Source: Tubulanus polymorphus (lineage: Eukaryota; Animalia; Nemertea). From it: DNA of 64,000 nucleotides. The DNA is taken from contig NC_134029.1 in NCBI RefSeq assembly GCF_964204645.1, positions 3,658,001 through 3,722,000 of the forward strand, given 5' to 3'. Below, in pieces: positions 45,375 through 60,276 of this stretch. Positions within the stretch are counted from its first letter, which is position 1. Every line of letters begins with the position of its first letter. The notes beneath the pieces were generated by a model. It was not told the origin of the DNA. It saw nothing but the letters and a program-made list of their open reading frames with translations, and searched no databases. The translations under genes and the position numbers were made by a program.

Positions 45375-48300
45375 CCACACTTATCAACAGTCATCGTTGA
45401 AATCAACTCGCATACTTTTTGTATCGTAGTTATGAACGGATGGAACGCTCGTACATGTTCCACGCAAAGGTACCGTTTATCATTAGCGCTCCAGACGACT
45501 CTATTCCTTCCGGCCGATTAACGTACTTCGTTGCCACTGCTCTGACGTCACGACTCTGATAATTCAACAGACCGTTAACAGTCGTGTCGAAACTATTATA
45601 TATCATCATCTCCATCATCGTTATCAATACGATCGATCTGATTCATTGGATTTCTTTTACCTGAAAAAAGGCGTATTACGAGTTTACAATTAGAAGGAAG
45701 GAAATTGTCACTTATTCGACACGTCATGATCGAAGGAATCGGTTTTTCTTTCAACGACCAGGAACGCGGTCACGCGAACAGGTCAGATGCAGTGACGATC
45801 GTAAATCAATCACACCCAGTAACCGACTGTTAAATGAATGTTACGCTTAGATATCGGAAATGTTTTCAATAGAACCAACGATAAACTTCTCAGAAGTCGG
45901 TATTCCCTGGTTTCTTATACCTTGAATTACATTCAGACAATTCCTATTCTTATACTGGGGCTACTTTGAAATTATTTACTTCCCCTTATATCACGTTTAC
46001 GATGACATCAAGTGCGGTTGTTGGGTTTAAATGCTGCTGTAAATTCAATTTACTAGTCGACATTCCGCGTATTACAGCGATACGAATGAGATGATCAAAT
46101 CGAGGGATAGATTGATGAATTCAAACTTTCAAAAAATAGCTCTCATCAATAACGATTATATACACCTGTTAATGAAAAATTGATCGATGCTCCTCCGTGG
46201 TGCTGATGCGCAAGAACGCGTCAATGTCTAGAATAACAAATGAATACCTATCCAAGCAGGTAATCTACGCAATCAAAACGGTTAACATTCTCATTTCCTC
46301 TCGGTGGCCTCTTCAACGCCACTATTTATCACTATCTGTATCAATCATCTTAAGCATTGGTCCTGATGCCATTTCATCTTGCAATTTCATCAATGTCAAA
46401 TCATGCCCCTGTTATTTCGATCCACGACTTTACGAATCAAGGGTGGAGCCATGATGCTTCACGAGGGACTCGAATTATTTGATATGCCCTTCTTGAAGAA
46501 AAGAAAGGCGGAACAAATACAAAACGACTTTGAAAACTGTTAAGGTGTTTTCAGAGGTAAGATCTCTAAGTTCTCTGAGTTTTTCGGTGGGTTATTGATT
46601 CATAAATTTCTTACTATAGGCCTTTAGATGCCCTACCGCTTTTCGTATGGAAGTCAAAATTGGACCCTGGATCCGCCCCTGCGAATATTTTTCTGTCGGC
46701 GATTGACGCAGACGTCAGCTGCGAGATTCAATCCGTATCGGAAATCTGCAGCTAAATTCGAACATGAGGCGAATGTAGAAAGTCTCAAAACCTAAACGCG
46801 AAATTGACCTATTGATCGTAAAGTGCGTCCTCGTTATAGATTGAGCCGTCTGTCGCGCGAAATGTGAATCGATACCCCAAAGTTTTAGGAAAGAGCCGCG
46901 CTGGATTATTTCTCTATGGAAACAGAAGAACCAGTCACCGATTCGTTGACGGATTAGTATCTTGGTATTTTCCGGATTGGCACGCCGGAAATGAAATATG
47001 TGATAGGTGTTGGTGGTCTGATAGATAAAATGGATGGTGTCGTTTCTACCGTATAGCGAGTATCAAATTTCGCCATTACGGTAATATATAAAACGTATCT
47101 ATAGACGACGTATCACATATTACTCCGAAACAGTAATCAACAACTTTCTTCTCAGCCGTTCGTAATCTTATACCGTAATTATCATTCGACGGAGGTCGTC
47201 GTGATTTCGATACTTGATAATGAAGATTTTTATCGATTCATCCGACTTAATATTACACGTTATATCTAATTTCATCCTTCTCATCGTCTGACGACTCCGG
47301 TGACTGTGCGGATTTCTTCTGGCATTTATGGAATTTAAGCATACCATTCTCTTCTTTAATTTTCCTTGAAATGAAATATATCGCGGGCCAGATTTCAGAT
47401 CGATCATTACCCCTCCCCGTGCCGTAACATCGGGGACGTCACACTGTCTGTTTGTGGGGCCGGCGGGTCGGAATGTGCGTCCCTGTCGCCAATAAACTGT
47501 GTCAAACAAGTATTATCGACGTTACCGCTTTTAGATTGCCTTGGAGGGCAAATTCCCGCAGCTCGAGTTAATTGATGGATGGCTAGAGACATCCGCTGGG
47601 CTTAATGAATTTTCGATTGTTCGCCAGACATATGTCTCTACAAACTCATTAAAAACACTTGTAACTTCATCAAACGCTAGAAGGCGAATACGGCGTTACT
47701 CGCCGCGCTTTCCCTGGATAATGAAGCGACTGATATTTACTACATCTAATAACATTGACGCTTCTTCTCGTCACCGAAATTGCTATTATCTAAAAAATGA
47801 TTCGCTTTTGTGCGCCGTTGATTGCCGCTCACGCTTCCACCGATTCCACGTCGCGGATAAAGATTGACAGTATTTCCTTGATCATCGCGATCAGAAAGCA
47901 CAAACGACTCGACCGAATGGACACAGTAACGCAAATTGAAGCGTGTACAGCGGGCTATATCGAACACCATTGACACTTGATTAATCAAATAGACATTGAT
48001 TGCAAATATACGAAGTGTTCCATCATTCTGACATGAGTGGCATAACAAGTCTATTATCTTCTTTGTACTGTCGTCGCCGGGTGTAATTAGTACGTCTTAT
48101 AGAGGATGGACTAAAAGCCGCGTATGTTGCAGACAAGAACTATTTTTCAATGGTGAATAGAATATAGAAATGCGACACTAATAGAAAAGGATTGATTTCA
48201 GCCGTTTGGTTATAAACTAAATTTTCACTTTTCGCAAACGAATTTTCAAACCAATCACATCACCGATTGATATCACGTGTAAACACAATGGCAGGTGTGG

Positions 48301-49076
48301 TCATGAAAGTGTATTTTCATTAATTTTTCTTGAATTATGTTTATTCTTATTTGATTTACTCTTGTCATAAAGTCGATTACATTGGCAATAAGAGTTTATT
48401 ATAATATTATCAAAACGAGCTGGTAATTTCAAGTTATGGACTCTTAACGTTTTAGAGTCATTGATTGCAAATACGAAGAATTTGCAACAATATTTCATTA
48501 CCTCGCAGATTGCTCACGTTTCCTTTTTCTTCGTCATTGTCGATTATAAGGATTTAAGTAAATTTGAAAAATGTCGAAATTCTTAAAAATCGAAAGACTT
48601 TTAAGGATTTTCTTCCCTGCGGGCAGAAAAACATCAATTTGATTCCTTGGATAGCAATATGTCTATATAAAAGTTTCGTTCCCATGGCCCGCGGGGTTCA
48701 AGTTACATTTTATTTTCGCTTCAACAGACCATTAAGTATTCTTCGGATAGTTCAAACTATTCAGCTTCGCTTTGAGAGCTGCGAACCCAGTATCTTTCAA
48801 CCTGTCACTTAGCCGGGTTGCCTATTCATACTCGAATTTCTTATTACTATACCTTCTAGCGTAGATAAAGTTTCTAACGATGGCGTAAGATGATTGCTGT
48901 GAACAGCGCGAATGATGTAGTGATTTCCGAGCACAGCCGTTTCACGAGCAAATTAACATTGATTTCAGAGCGAGACGTGCACGTATCTCATCAGATCAAA
49001 TTTGATTTGTTAAATCAATTCCCTGTCGTTTTGCGGTTAGCCTTTTAGTATTTTGAGACGAGCGACGGCGATGATG

Positions 49077-49390
49077 TAGCCACGTTCACACTGCGTTATT
49101 TTAGAACGTTCTAAATTTAATTCGCTCAAATTTAGAACGTACCAGGCGTCCGCACTAGCAAAACGGGCCGTTATAAGTAGTTCTAAATGACCGTTTCTCT
49201 GAGAGTCTGCGTGTGAATAGAAACTTCCTCAAACACAGTGATGAGTCTAACGCTGGTCCATTGATAACAGCTGATCGAAAGACTTGTGGGAACGAACATC
49301 ATTGATTTGATCCGTTCTAAATTGGTCCGTTCCAGGTTCGGGCCAGCCAAATTAGAACGGACTTTATCAGCGATTGTGTAAACGCGGATA
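49077..49390. mobile_element. MITE-like element (Harbinger-like termini)
   Basis: tagccacgttcacac ... gtgtaaacgcggata termini with repeated internal ttagaacg/cgttctaaa subunits. Confidence 0.5.
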
Positions 49391-52300
49391 ATAGTTTACT
49401 TAAAAGCGTGGCTTGGTAAACGTTATATGACTTACGTACGTTAACACTACTTGGTGGACCTAAATTTCTTATATACAAATCGACTCGTCCTAACGTGTAG
49501 ATAATAGGTGATTCAGTATTCTTAGGCGATCGACTAATACATTCTGACATATTTGACGAAAATGAAAGACTCGTCGAAAAATCAACTGTTAAATTCGCCC
49601 CAACTTAAATCGTTGCCATAAAATTTATCTGACACACTGTCAGACGCTATCAGGCTTCCCGAGGCCATCTTAACGAGATCTATTCAATATTAAAAACACG
49701 CATCTCCGTTCAGGCAAGTCAAGGTGACGAGATTGATGTTTTTGTTGCCTGCAAATTTAAGTTCGACCCGGAAAATATTGAAATGAACTCGTTTCTAGAA
49801 AGATCCCCTATACGTTGAACATTGAATATTCCATTCTAGATATCAGACTCGGTTATATTTGCTCATCGGGCCGCGTTCTTCCACTTTTTGAAAACAAGCA
49901 GAATTTCTGTTTTGAACATGCAGCCTCCTGTCGCCCACATTGAAACTTCTTTCATCTGATGCATTCGCTAGCTCCTTGAAATGTGTTCCTACGAGGCGTT
50001 CATTACATTTCATGAGACCGAAATTTGTTGACTAATTCGAGCGATCGGATACAGAACACACCAAATATCCCATGTCGATTCCGGGTAGTTACCCTCGGCG
50101 CGCGTTGGCCTCCAATACGTATTACTTCAGAAATGTTTATCTCGATCGTAAACAGCGAAGCTAGTAATTAAATTTGCCTTTTTTATCGTAGTCTAGAAAT
50201 GCCGCAATTGAACTGGCGTGATTAATTAAATTGCTCGAGCTAGTTTGAAGAATTTGTCTCCGAGCTCCCGAGGCCTTGTTTGATAACCTCGATTGATCTA
50301 ATTTTCAATTTAACAAACAATCCTAGACTTTAGAATTACTTTCAACAGGTCATTTTCCGCTGGTTTAGTGAAATGAATTGCTCGATCAATGAAGTACACT
50401 GTCTCTGATTCCGAGTAATAGCTGGAAAATGAGCCTACATAGTCTTAGAATACAGTCGTCTCAAATCACGACTTAGAGAGCAATTCGGATGTATAGGGAT
50501 TTATTATCAAAGTTTTAGAAATATATAACTCAATGCTAAACAGTAAAACCCCTTAGCGTTTATAGACAGGCCTACCGGTATCTGACAACGCATTCAATTC
50601 AAGTTCATGGTGTTCTTTCCAACTGCAAAATCTCCTCGCGTGGTCAAATTTACGAAACATATATATTGAAAGAAATATATACCGGGTGTCGAAATTACTT
50701 TGACAAATTCGTTGCAGTAAAAGTTAACTTATGAACGTGGGACTAGTATTTTGATAAAGTATTTATGAATCATTTTAGAATGAATGAGTTGCACCTGTTA
50801 GTTTCCCAGGAGTATAGTTACTCGTATCAACCGAGTAAAAAACCGACCTACACAAAACACAATATATCACTTCTATTCTTATATCGGTTTAGGGTTTCAA
50901 TGCGCAAGGTGATCAGAAATGCATTTCATTCTATTACCTAATATCCACTAGCTCTTAAGGTGAAAACGTTCTTTCCAAGCCAAGAGCTTTTTCGGTTTTC
51001 GGTGATACTATCACGGAATACGTGTGACGTGACAGTGTTATTAAGCGTCGTATTGGGAGAAATACTACAACAACTTAACAACCCTGCGGGGATTAATTGC
51101 ATTGTGTGCGAGGAATCTCCTTTTTCTATATGTAATTAATCGCTAATGATACCAAGAAAATAGAGCAATGCGATGCGCGAATGTATTATTATATATTCAA
51201 ATGCGTTCGCTTGGAAACTGGCAATATTTTCCCGACGCTGGAGAATAAGGTAAGGTGATAATCTTGGCGAGACGTAACTTTTCCATTACGATATAATCAA
51301 CCGCAACCGGTGAAGAGACCATGACGTCACTGTAAATCGAGATAATTATTGGCTGCTGACATTTGAACGCGCCGTGACGTAGGCAATCAACGCGCAGACT
51401 ACGATGGCCCCAGATACAAATCAGTGCCAGCCACTAGTTACTTATTTATCACATCAAAACAATCAGTATGTACCATGGCGGTCAAGGCCGGTTAGTGGTT
51501 TCTAGTATTTTTGTGTAAATATCTCTCAAAACCAACGTTAGAAAATGTCGTATTTGATGAATGGCCGATACAGCGAGTCCGCGTTGTCATATTGACTTGC
51601 CAATATAAAAACCGAAAGAGCCTGGTCGTTATTATCTAACAAAATTAGTTGTAAGGGACGCAGAAGCTGTTTGTCACGCGAACCGAACGAGAGAATTTTC
51701 CAACGTGCCTAGAGTTTCCCAGAGATTCGCATGTGAGTTGAACACGCCTGGAATAATATTATACCGTTCAGCGATACGGCTCTCTTAAACGGATCATTGA
51801 CGACCAAAAACTCTATTCAAGCGACAGGAATTAATCTCTTTCGGCGATCACGGGCATCGGGATTTTTTCAATAATAAACGACGGAAGATTCGAAAGCATG
51901 CGGAATTGACTGATAAAAACGTACGTGTTTTTAATCGTGACGAGGAATCTATTCTCTCTATAATCTGGTTCGGCGTTTAGCATCTCAGGTAAGATCAATT
52001 GAATACGATAGAGTTTTACTGAGCTGCGCGTAGAAATTGAGCAACCAACCGATAAATCACTGTATAATGGAGCAATAACGTTCATAGGGGAACTTTTTAC
52101 AATTCCTACTTATTGAAACCCCGGTCAGATAAAGGGCCGTGGGTAATTTTTTGGCGATGTCTACTTTAAGGCGGTAATGAACCAAAAGAAACTAAACGTA
52201 TCAGCTCATCAGTCAGTTCACGTACTGTCTAATAGGATAGATAATTTGCGAACATGGTGGACGATACGAATCTGTCACTTCTAGTGACAACTTATCCAAT

Positions 52301-54112
52301 AATTTGTACTAAGTTATAGTAACACATGACCACGTCTGCCACACTTCGATTTATCATTTTGGATGATTATGCTCCTGCACCCAGTTCCACAGATTTTGCT
52401 AAAAGCAGGCCCATCGAAAATGAACTAACATCTGAGACAACCCTGACTAATGTAGAAGGGGATTTGGGTTAGTTTTCAATCAAATTTGATATCGCAACCG
52501 TTTTTTCTCTCGATTCAATTCAAATTGCTCGAAAGGACGATATCATCTCATTTCTTATCGCTTATCGCCTTCTGAAGTCTTCGTAAATTGTTTATTAGTT
52601 CTCTTGGTCAAACTGCTTATGCGTTTCGCAAATTATATATGATAGTCAAATTCCAGTAACTGCATAAACATATGAAACAGCTAAATTAAAATGTAAGTAC
52701 TAGTCTTTTGTATGTTGTGATCGGTGCTCAGCTACATTTCTAAGTTAGATGACTCCACTTCAAGCTGGAATTCTAGATCACAGAAAGACTAAACGTGATA
52801 TCATTGAAGTATCTTCGTGTATATAATGTCAATCTAATGAAATTCTAAGTGTGTCTGCGAAACAGATTTTGGTGCCTCGACGATTGATAATTATTCAAAA
52901 ATCCCATCGAAAGAGGTATTTTTAACAAAACAGTTTCTCCTATAAAGTCCGCTGCCGCATAATCCTTACGAGAATGTGGTCCGATGACGGACAAAATATG
53001 CTCATCTTTAAAAACCAATTCGGGGTGAAAAGAACAGAAGATGCATGCTTGGCTTCCGGAAGTACGAGTACAAGACGTTTATATCCATGAATAGCATACG
53101 TGGCAACAAACCGTTCTAAGTGTATGATTAATTCTCAAAGCTGCAACGAAATCGTTACCCCCCATGTCGTAATTAGATTGAAATCGAATGTGCGATACAA
53201 ACGCAATTCGGAAATGCGGTTTTCTGTAAAAAAAGTTAATTTCTTTCCCGAGCAGATTACACGTTCGGAATTGCTGAAACGAAATAAACCGATTTCATGC
53301 CCACCGGATAAGGTCACATAAGGTTCATATCGTCGCTTTCATCCCGGTGCAACCAATGTTTCATTTTCCAAAAACAAGAGAAAATCTACGGTGATCTGGA
53401 TCTAGAACCAATGAATAATTTCGTACGAGACGTGATGTCTGTGATTCACAACAGCGATACATATAGAAAAAGGTCTTCATTTCGCTTCAACGTTTAATTT
53501 CCATAACAGTAATATCTATTTTCTGTGCCGTTATATACAAACGCTTGAAATATACATCAAACCCCGTTATTTTCGTAATAGAGCAACAGATTTAGATTTC
53601 TATTTTAAGCCAGGGACTATGATGTTATTCGTTTTTAGTGTGTTCAGTCGGCGTTGAAGATTAACGGCGAAATAAAATATCCATTCGATATTGTCAAGAT
53701 CGAGAGAAATCTGAATCGACGAAAACCTGAAAACCGATGATGGTAATGGATATTAAATCCGCTCCTGGGACCCCGGAGAAAAGATGATGTGTAAAACAGA
53801 ATATCTCGATTTGAAGAATGGATTCAGCATGTTCTTTATTGGTCCGCAATGGTATATCATAGGATCTACATCAAAAAGAAGAAGGACATGTACAACATAC
53901 AAATGTTTCATCGATGTTTTCATCCGGACGCATTTTCATTTAGATATATTCATCGGTTATTTACAAATTTGGGGCCTTTTTTCTAATTTTCAACGTATTG
54001 CGAAAATTTTAACATTAGGTAACATTAGAAATATACGCCACAATTCCGAAATAGTAATTGACGAAATCATTAAGACGATATTTCAGGCAGTATGAAACAA
54101 AAGGCGGCCGTT

Positions 54113-54320
54113 TGTCCGCAGCACACGACGTATCATGGAAAATTGGAAACACGGAAACAAACATTTGATCCCCGGAAACATTGTTCCCGAAACCATGCGT
54201 CTCGTTTCCAGAAAACGTGCACAACTCAGGGAAACACTCAGAAATATATTTCCGTCTCATATTTCCGTGTTTCCTGTTTCAAGTTTCCGTGTTTCCCGAC
54301 GTGGTTTGCGTTGGACTTAA
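54113..54320. mobile_element. MITE-like element with GGAAAC/GTTTCC subrepeats, copy A
   Basis: Internally inverted ggaaacacggaaac / gtttccgtgtttcc; the core is shared in reverse orientation with 60277-60450. Confidence 0.65.
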
Positions 54321-57300
54321 TCGCCCATTGTTTTGAGACCAGTTTCATGCACCCAATTGCGTCACGTTGTTTGTCAACCTTCGCTAACTTATTGCGCAGA
54401 CTGCTATTAACATCTTTGAACGATTTTTTGCATCGAAACGTCTGAGATTGTCTAATTCGAGTACTGTTACACAGCACCACGCGTCCATTTTTAATTGTTT
54501 GAAATTCTAGACGAGATTAATTTCATAGCCGTAGAACTGGTTCCGTGTTGAATGACTTATCTTTCTACTATTCGAATTTGATTTTCCCAACCGGTGGTTT
54601 TAGAATTCAAATCATGTACAGAAACAATAGCTCGGCTGCGTGCTCAAATCTCGATTCATTCAGACAACTGAAGTCTATCCTATCCTCAAACCAAATACGA
54701 GATTAAATCGTATAATTAAATGAATAAACTCTGGGAATTCCTTTCAAAAAGAGCCTTCGGCAGGAACTATGATCCATCATGATTATTTTCCACAGTCGGC
54801 TTATCATCGGGTGAAAAGCACGTCTAAAGAGAATGCATGCATAATGGGCGTTGAGATAAACCGTATTGAAATGTATAAATCTAATAATATTCATCGATAC
54901 GAAATTCAAATTCGAAATGTAAAAAGTAAATCGGGGTAGGGTTCTTTTCTGATATTGAAATTTGAACATCATTATATTATACAAACTTGTAAATTGATCG
55001 CCGATATTTCAATTATGATCTCATTATATTTTCATACGGAGACGTGTGTCATGCGATCAGCGCGGATATTCTGAAATAGGATATAAGCATATATACACCA
55101 TCCGCTTACGTCGAGCACTTCATGAAAAATAAATGAGAATATGACGGTTCAGTTTTCCTAGTCGTTGCCGACAAGGAAACAATGAAAAAAAATTCCTGAA
55201 CTTTTGAAACAAAAATTAAGCGAGCTTTTTACACGGACGTCACAAATATATATCATATCGCCCACCAAAAATGGCTGTTTTTTAACTTCTGTTAGTCGCC
55301 GTTGACGGACCATTGAGGAACTGAGACACCATGTGCATTAGAAAAAAATAAGATGACGAATCTTTCTTTTCTCATCTCTACTTGGAAATCGCCGTAGACT
55401 AGCTAAAAATAGATAATCGAATATGCTTAAGTAAGGGGTATAATACCACCTTCTCCTTCTGAAAGAGTGATTGTATTTACTGGTAATCTGTAACGTTGAG
55501 CGGATCAACAATTTAACACAGGAAAACAAATGGCCAATGTCATAGACATAGATTATGGATTATGAATACATTTCAAAATTTTTCCACGAGAAACTTTGCA
55601 TAATGAAATTGTTCACAATCCGCCTTGAACCGCGCAGTTAGTAACGTTTCGAATTTGTACCCGCGAGACAAACACGGTAGAAGAAACGGAATATAATTTC
55701 TTCTCTACGTCGAGATAATTCTACAAGACGACTGAGTGTTTCAATATATATGTATGGAAAAAGAAGTACTGTTTACGATGTTTTAAGGCAATTCACGCTT
55801 TATGTTCTGATCATTTGTCACTAGCGCTTTAAGCGCTGCCACTAAGAATTAGAAAGACAGCTGATCGGCTTATTAAGTATATTTCGCATGCACGAATAAG
55901 TAATTTCTTTCCAGCTTTGAAATACATTTATTGCAGCTGCAAAAATTGAATCGATCTAATAGATCGACGAAGCACAATCAACATTTCGGAATAATTCGTG
56001 CACGCGTGTTCTAATGGAATGAAACCAGGTGCTATTCATCCTAGAATCAGGGAACTCCCTAAACGTCTTATAGACAACCACTCTACAGCATTGATACTCG
56101 ACTTTCTTTTAGTTCGGACAAAATGCGGTGCCGATCCTGTTTTCAAATATTCGCCATTTAATCTCAGACTATTCAAATTGATAGCCATTCTCAACTGGCA
56201 GGAATCGATCAAATATCTCAAGCCGTAGATGTATATCAACGAATTCCGATCTATAACACAAACTGAAAATATCTGCTTATATTTTATGTGACAGTTTTTG
56301 AGCCGACCGTTCGTTTCGTCCGTTCCATTCTAGTAATCTCCCAACACCATCAGGGACATTGATCATTTCTGTTGATTGGGGGATTTTCGGTAAAATCTCG
56401 TGCCCTTTTTATCCCTCTCGAATCGACGCATAGGAAGCATTCTATCCGGGCGCTCCGGGACCACAAATCAAGGAATAGAAAAATTTCATGTTTTGTCCGA
56501 CATTTCAAATTCGGCTAGGATTTTCATATCGGGAGGCTGGGGCTGGTCGCGACGTCATCAATTCTTATCATCTCTGTAAAGCTTGGTGCGCACTAAAGCT
56601 ATCAGCTGAACCAACAACCTCGTGAGGATTTTACCTCAACTGATAGCTGTAACGTGCACAAGGATTCTATCACTTTTTACTTTGAAAATTCTAGGTTTCC
56701 GATCAGCATATAAGCCCCTGCTCGATTGATCATTAGACGCAGTGCACTCGTGATTTTTCAAGTCATTAAATCCAATTACGGTCCATTCGTCGGCTTCAAA
56801 CTGAAAATAGTTCGATGAAACGAAACGTTAAAACTACACTTCTCCCAGTTGTCGATGATAATTTCACGTCTTTTTATCTCGCGTAGAAAAAACAGGCGTT
56901 GCGTAACATCAAGGCGTTTAAATTAATTAAGTCTTTCATTTTTCAATTGAATTTATCGATTTAATGGTTCCACGTTGTGTGATTTAGTCACTACTTTCTC
57001 TTCGAGTACAGCTGCGTGTAACTGGGTCTATGAATCTAAGAGCAGAAGAACTACGTCTATTTAGAACAAATGGGCCATGATATTTTAGCATGCCAACGCC
57101 TATCGAGAATAACGAACGATGTCGACAAATAAAATAAAAGAAAAAAAATGATTTATTTTGCCACCGAATTTTTCTGTTAGATGGATACTGAAAAGCAAAC
57201 GTTAGATACAAATGAAATTCACAGCCCAGCGGATTTCAGATAGTTGGTTCCATTATCAGTGATTTCCCAAAGCTCACACAGAAAACTCATATTACATGAA

Positions 57301-57683
57301 GTAGTACGCATCAAAAACTCGTCGTAAATTCGTTAACGGCAAAAAAATTCATGCAGATATTTCCACTTGCGAGAAACATCTCTTGAATGCTTTTTCATTC
57401 TTATTCAAACATGTCTTCAACTTAAAGCCCTCCACTAGTATTATCTATAGACGTTAATCTAATTCAACAAGAACATTCTAATCCGTTTTTCCAAAATGTA
57501 AGGAAAGGGCAGCATACAATATTGTTTCTCCCTAAAGACGAACGTTTCACATCGTCCAAACTTCTACGATTTTCTATGGTATTTCATACGTTAGTCTTGA
57601 CAAGGTAGTCTTGTCTATTGATGTTGTCAAAAATTAATCAGATTCGTTTTATTGGTCTCGGTAGTTGTATTGTCCAAGGAACT

Positions 57684-58859
57684 TCAATTGAGATGGTTTA
57701 CTCCGAAATGTGCGTTTTTACAGATTTCCTGCGCGTCCTGGTTGTTGTTGAATATCACCAAATGTTGAACGGATTCGATTCCGTGTATGAAAAAGATACG
57801 TATTTGATGACACGCGTCTTCTTTACGGTGGCTTAAAGCTTTTACATTCGTCAAATGAAACCTTTCGTTATGTAACGGCGTCACGGAGATCTTCTCGGCC
57901 AGTATTCCGATATACGCGTCTTCCATCGCTATAGGCGTCACCGACTTGAATAGTGGAACCATTCTCGTTATGACGTCACCGCTGAACAGGTAAGCCGGAC
58001 CCTGAATTATATCCGGAAAATATTTCGGGCGATAATCATTTCGAGATACGTAGAGCGGGTGAGTTTTATCGCGAATCGGTTGATCTTTGCGGAGAATTCT
58101 ACCCACGTATAGATCACGCGCTATTGGAAATTTCTTCGATGCCCAGGCGGTCAACAGGGGTATATTCACATACGTATTATCAGCAACTTTGAGAACATAT
58201 TTCGGTGGACATTGCGTCATTTTCTCAGCTAGCCACTTCATTCCCATCATCAACTTTCTCGTGTCTTCGTATTTCGATTCGAAGAAGTCGCCCTGAATGA
58301 CGTCGTTGTTTTCTGCGTGCTCTTTAATGACGACGTCATCGTAATTGTCGCCGGACGAGGCCATTATGAAAATGGTTTTCCATTTGAAAACAGGTTTAAT
58401 CGGTGATTTGGCGAAATTCGATGGAAGTCCCCAGGTCATCCGGATTCCGTTCCGAAAGTTCGCAGATTTTGGTTCAGTTCGAACCAGCACGATCATATCC
58501 ACTGGTTCAACACAAGTTACATTCGGAGAAAGTATGTATTTCACTGGGAAATCCTTAACATTCGGTTTTTCGATGTGTTCCATGTAAGCTTTCCCATCCA
58601 AAACTTCATGATCGAAGAGCGGTATCGCCGGCAGTTCATCAACGGCCTCTTTAGCTTTCTTTTGGAAGAGTTCTAATTTTTTCTCGTATGCATTCTTGGA
58701 CCTGTCGACCGGGTCTGGACCAGCTTCCAGCTTGCGCTTGGCTCCCATATCGTACAAGCGATATAAAATAATAAACGTCACGACGCACAGAATAAACCAA
58801 CCGAGTGGAGTCGGTGATACGCCTTTTCGTCCGTGATTCTGATTGAACAGTTTACTCAT
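57684..58859 (-). CDS. GT31-family beta-1,3-galactosyl/GlcNAc-transferase-like protein, intronless CDS, 391 aa
   Basis: Type II TM anchor (WFILCVVTFIILY), RNGIRMTWG, DVIQGDF, YVLKVADNTYVN, YFPD..GPAYLFS, EDAYIG, HG near the C-terminus. Confidence 0.92.
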   Translation of the reverse strand: MSKLFNQNHGRKGVSPTPLGWFILCVVTFIILYRLYDMGAKRKLEAGPDPVDRSKNAYEKKLELFQKKAKEAVDELPAIPLFDHEVLDGKAYMEHIEKPNVKDFPVKYILSPNVTCVEPVDMIVLVRTEPKSANFRNGIRMTWGLPSNFAKSPIKPVFKWKTIFIMASSGDNYDDVVIKEHAENNDVIQGDFFESKYEDTRKLMMGMKWLAEKMTQCPPKYVLKVADNTYVNIPLLTAWASKKFPIARDLYVGRILRKDQPIRDKTHPLYVSRNDYRPKYFPDIIQGPAYLFSGDVITRMVPLFKSVTPIAMEDAYIGILAEKISVTPLHNERFHLTNVKALSHRKEDACHQIRIFFIHGIESVQHLVIFNNNQDAQEICKNAHFGVNHLN

Positions 58860-60276
58860 TTTACTTTTTCTTGTAGAAACTACACGCAAACAAACCTCGA
58901 GAATTTGAGAGCGTTACGTAAATTTCCACGAGGATCAAACGAGTAAATCGATCTAAGCCGTTTCCCTGTTTTAGCGGATTAAAACGTTCACAAACTTCGC
59001 GCGTCTAATTCATCAGTTTTAATCCGATCATCCCCGAAACTGTGTTGATGTTTTACTTGTTTTTACGCTAGTTCTTTGTGGGGTAGAGTGTAACTGCGTC
59101 ATCCGTGTGAAAACGAGTGTATTTCGTAGTCAATTAATCTACGATCAATTTGTACAGACGTGGAACGTATATACGCAGCAAGAACATATGGCATTCTATT
59201 GACCGGACTTTAGTAAATCAAAGCTCAGGTATCATATTTTCGATTTTCTAAATGCCAGCTGTTCCCTAACCATGCCTAACTGTGCTACTGCTAAATAATA
59301 ATAACGTACGTGTATTTAACATCATTTACTGCATAATATCGCGTGACGAAGAGAATAGAATAGTTACTTCTTCAAAGAGAATCCATGATATAGAATCAAT
59401 CATATTTATGGTTGCGAATTTGGTATACTGTATACACACTAAAAAGTTAACGGTATCAAGCGTTCAAAAAGTGTTCAGAAGAGGAAAGTCCAGAGCGCCG
59501 CCAGTTCCCTCAGTTCGCTCTGGGCTTGAGGATAACGTTGAATTACATTTCTCTCTACAAATGGAGATAATCTTCCCGTCAGAATGCGTTTCGTTAATTA
59601 CTTTTAAAGCTTCTTTATCGAGAACAGCAATAGGGAATAAGTCTGGAAACAAATTAGATGCAGTCATATATCTCTCATGCATTCAGTTCCGACGACGAAG
59701 TAGGTGTTGTGTATAAAGATCAGTTTTAAAATCTGAATCAAAAGGTTAAAAATCCCTTCTGGGAAATATATCTGGCGTAAAATGTTTTTAGCTACTCAAA
59801 TGATGATCACAGCGACCGATATCGTGAAAGCTAACAACCGAGATGTTAAAAACGCCGCAAGTCGGATGTCAGATCCAAAGCGAATTCCAATCATGATACT
59901 TTCACTGTTGTTCGCCTGGGACGTTTTTTCGCGCTAAATAATCTGTTCTAGCCCCCAGCTACAGTTCAAACTTTCATTATCTACGCATAGGCAACTGGGC
60001 TGATCTTACAGTAACTGAAAGGTCTTACAGGGAATTCTAATATCTTTATTTGGATTAATCTTCTTAAGAAACCCGGCTTCTTTTCCTTTGATAGAGGTCG
60101 GGTAAAGATAATTGGCCGGCCGATATAGACGATGGTTACTGGTTAACGTCAAACCAATATAGAAACAAACTGCGATCTATCCAAGCGCACTGCTAACTCT
60201 GTCAAAGACTTTGTTTAAACAGGAGACGTTTACTATTCAAATACAGATAAAAATAATGTTATGATCAAGTTGCGTG

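Noticed and set aside
45430-45660. Minus-strand acceptor-like site followed by a 65-aa ORF
   Set aside because: No partner exon or recognisable motif was found.
31000-57600. Dozens of 60-115 aa ORFs in the long non-coding region
   Set aside because: No motifs or consistent splice frames, and many start with TTG/GTG; this matches random expectation.
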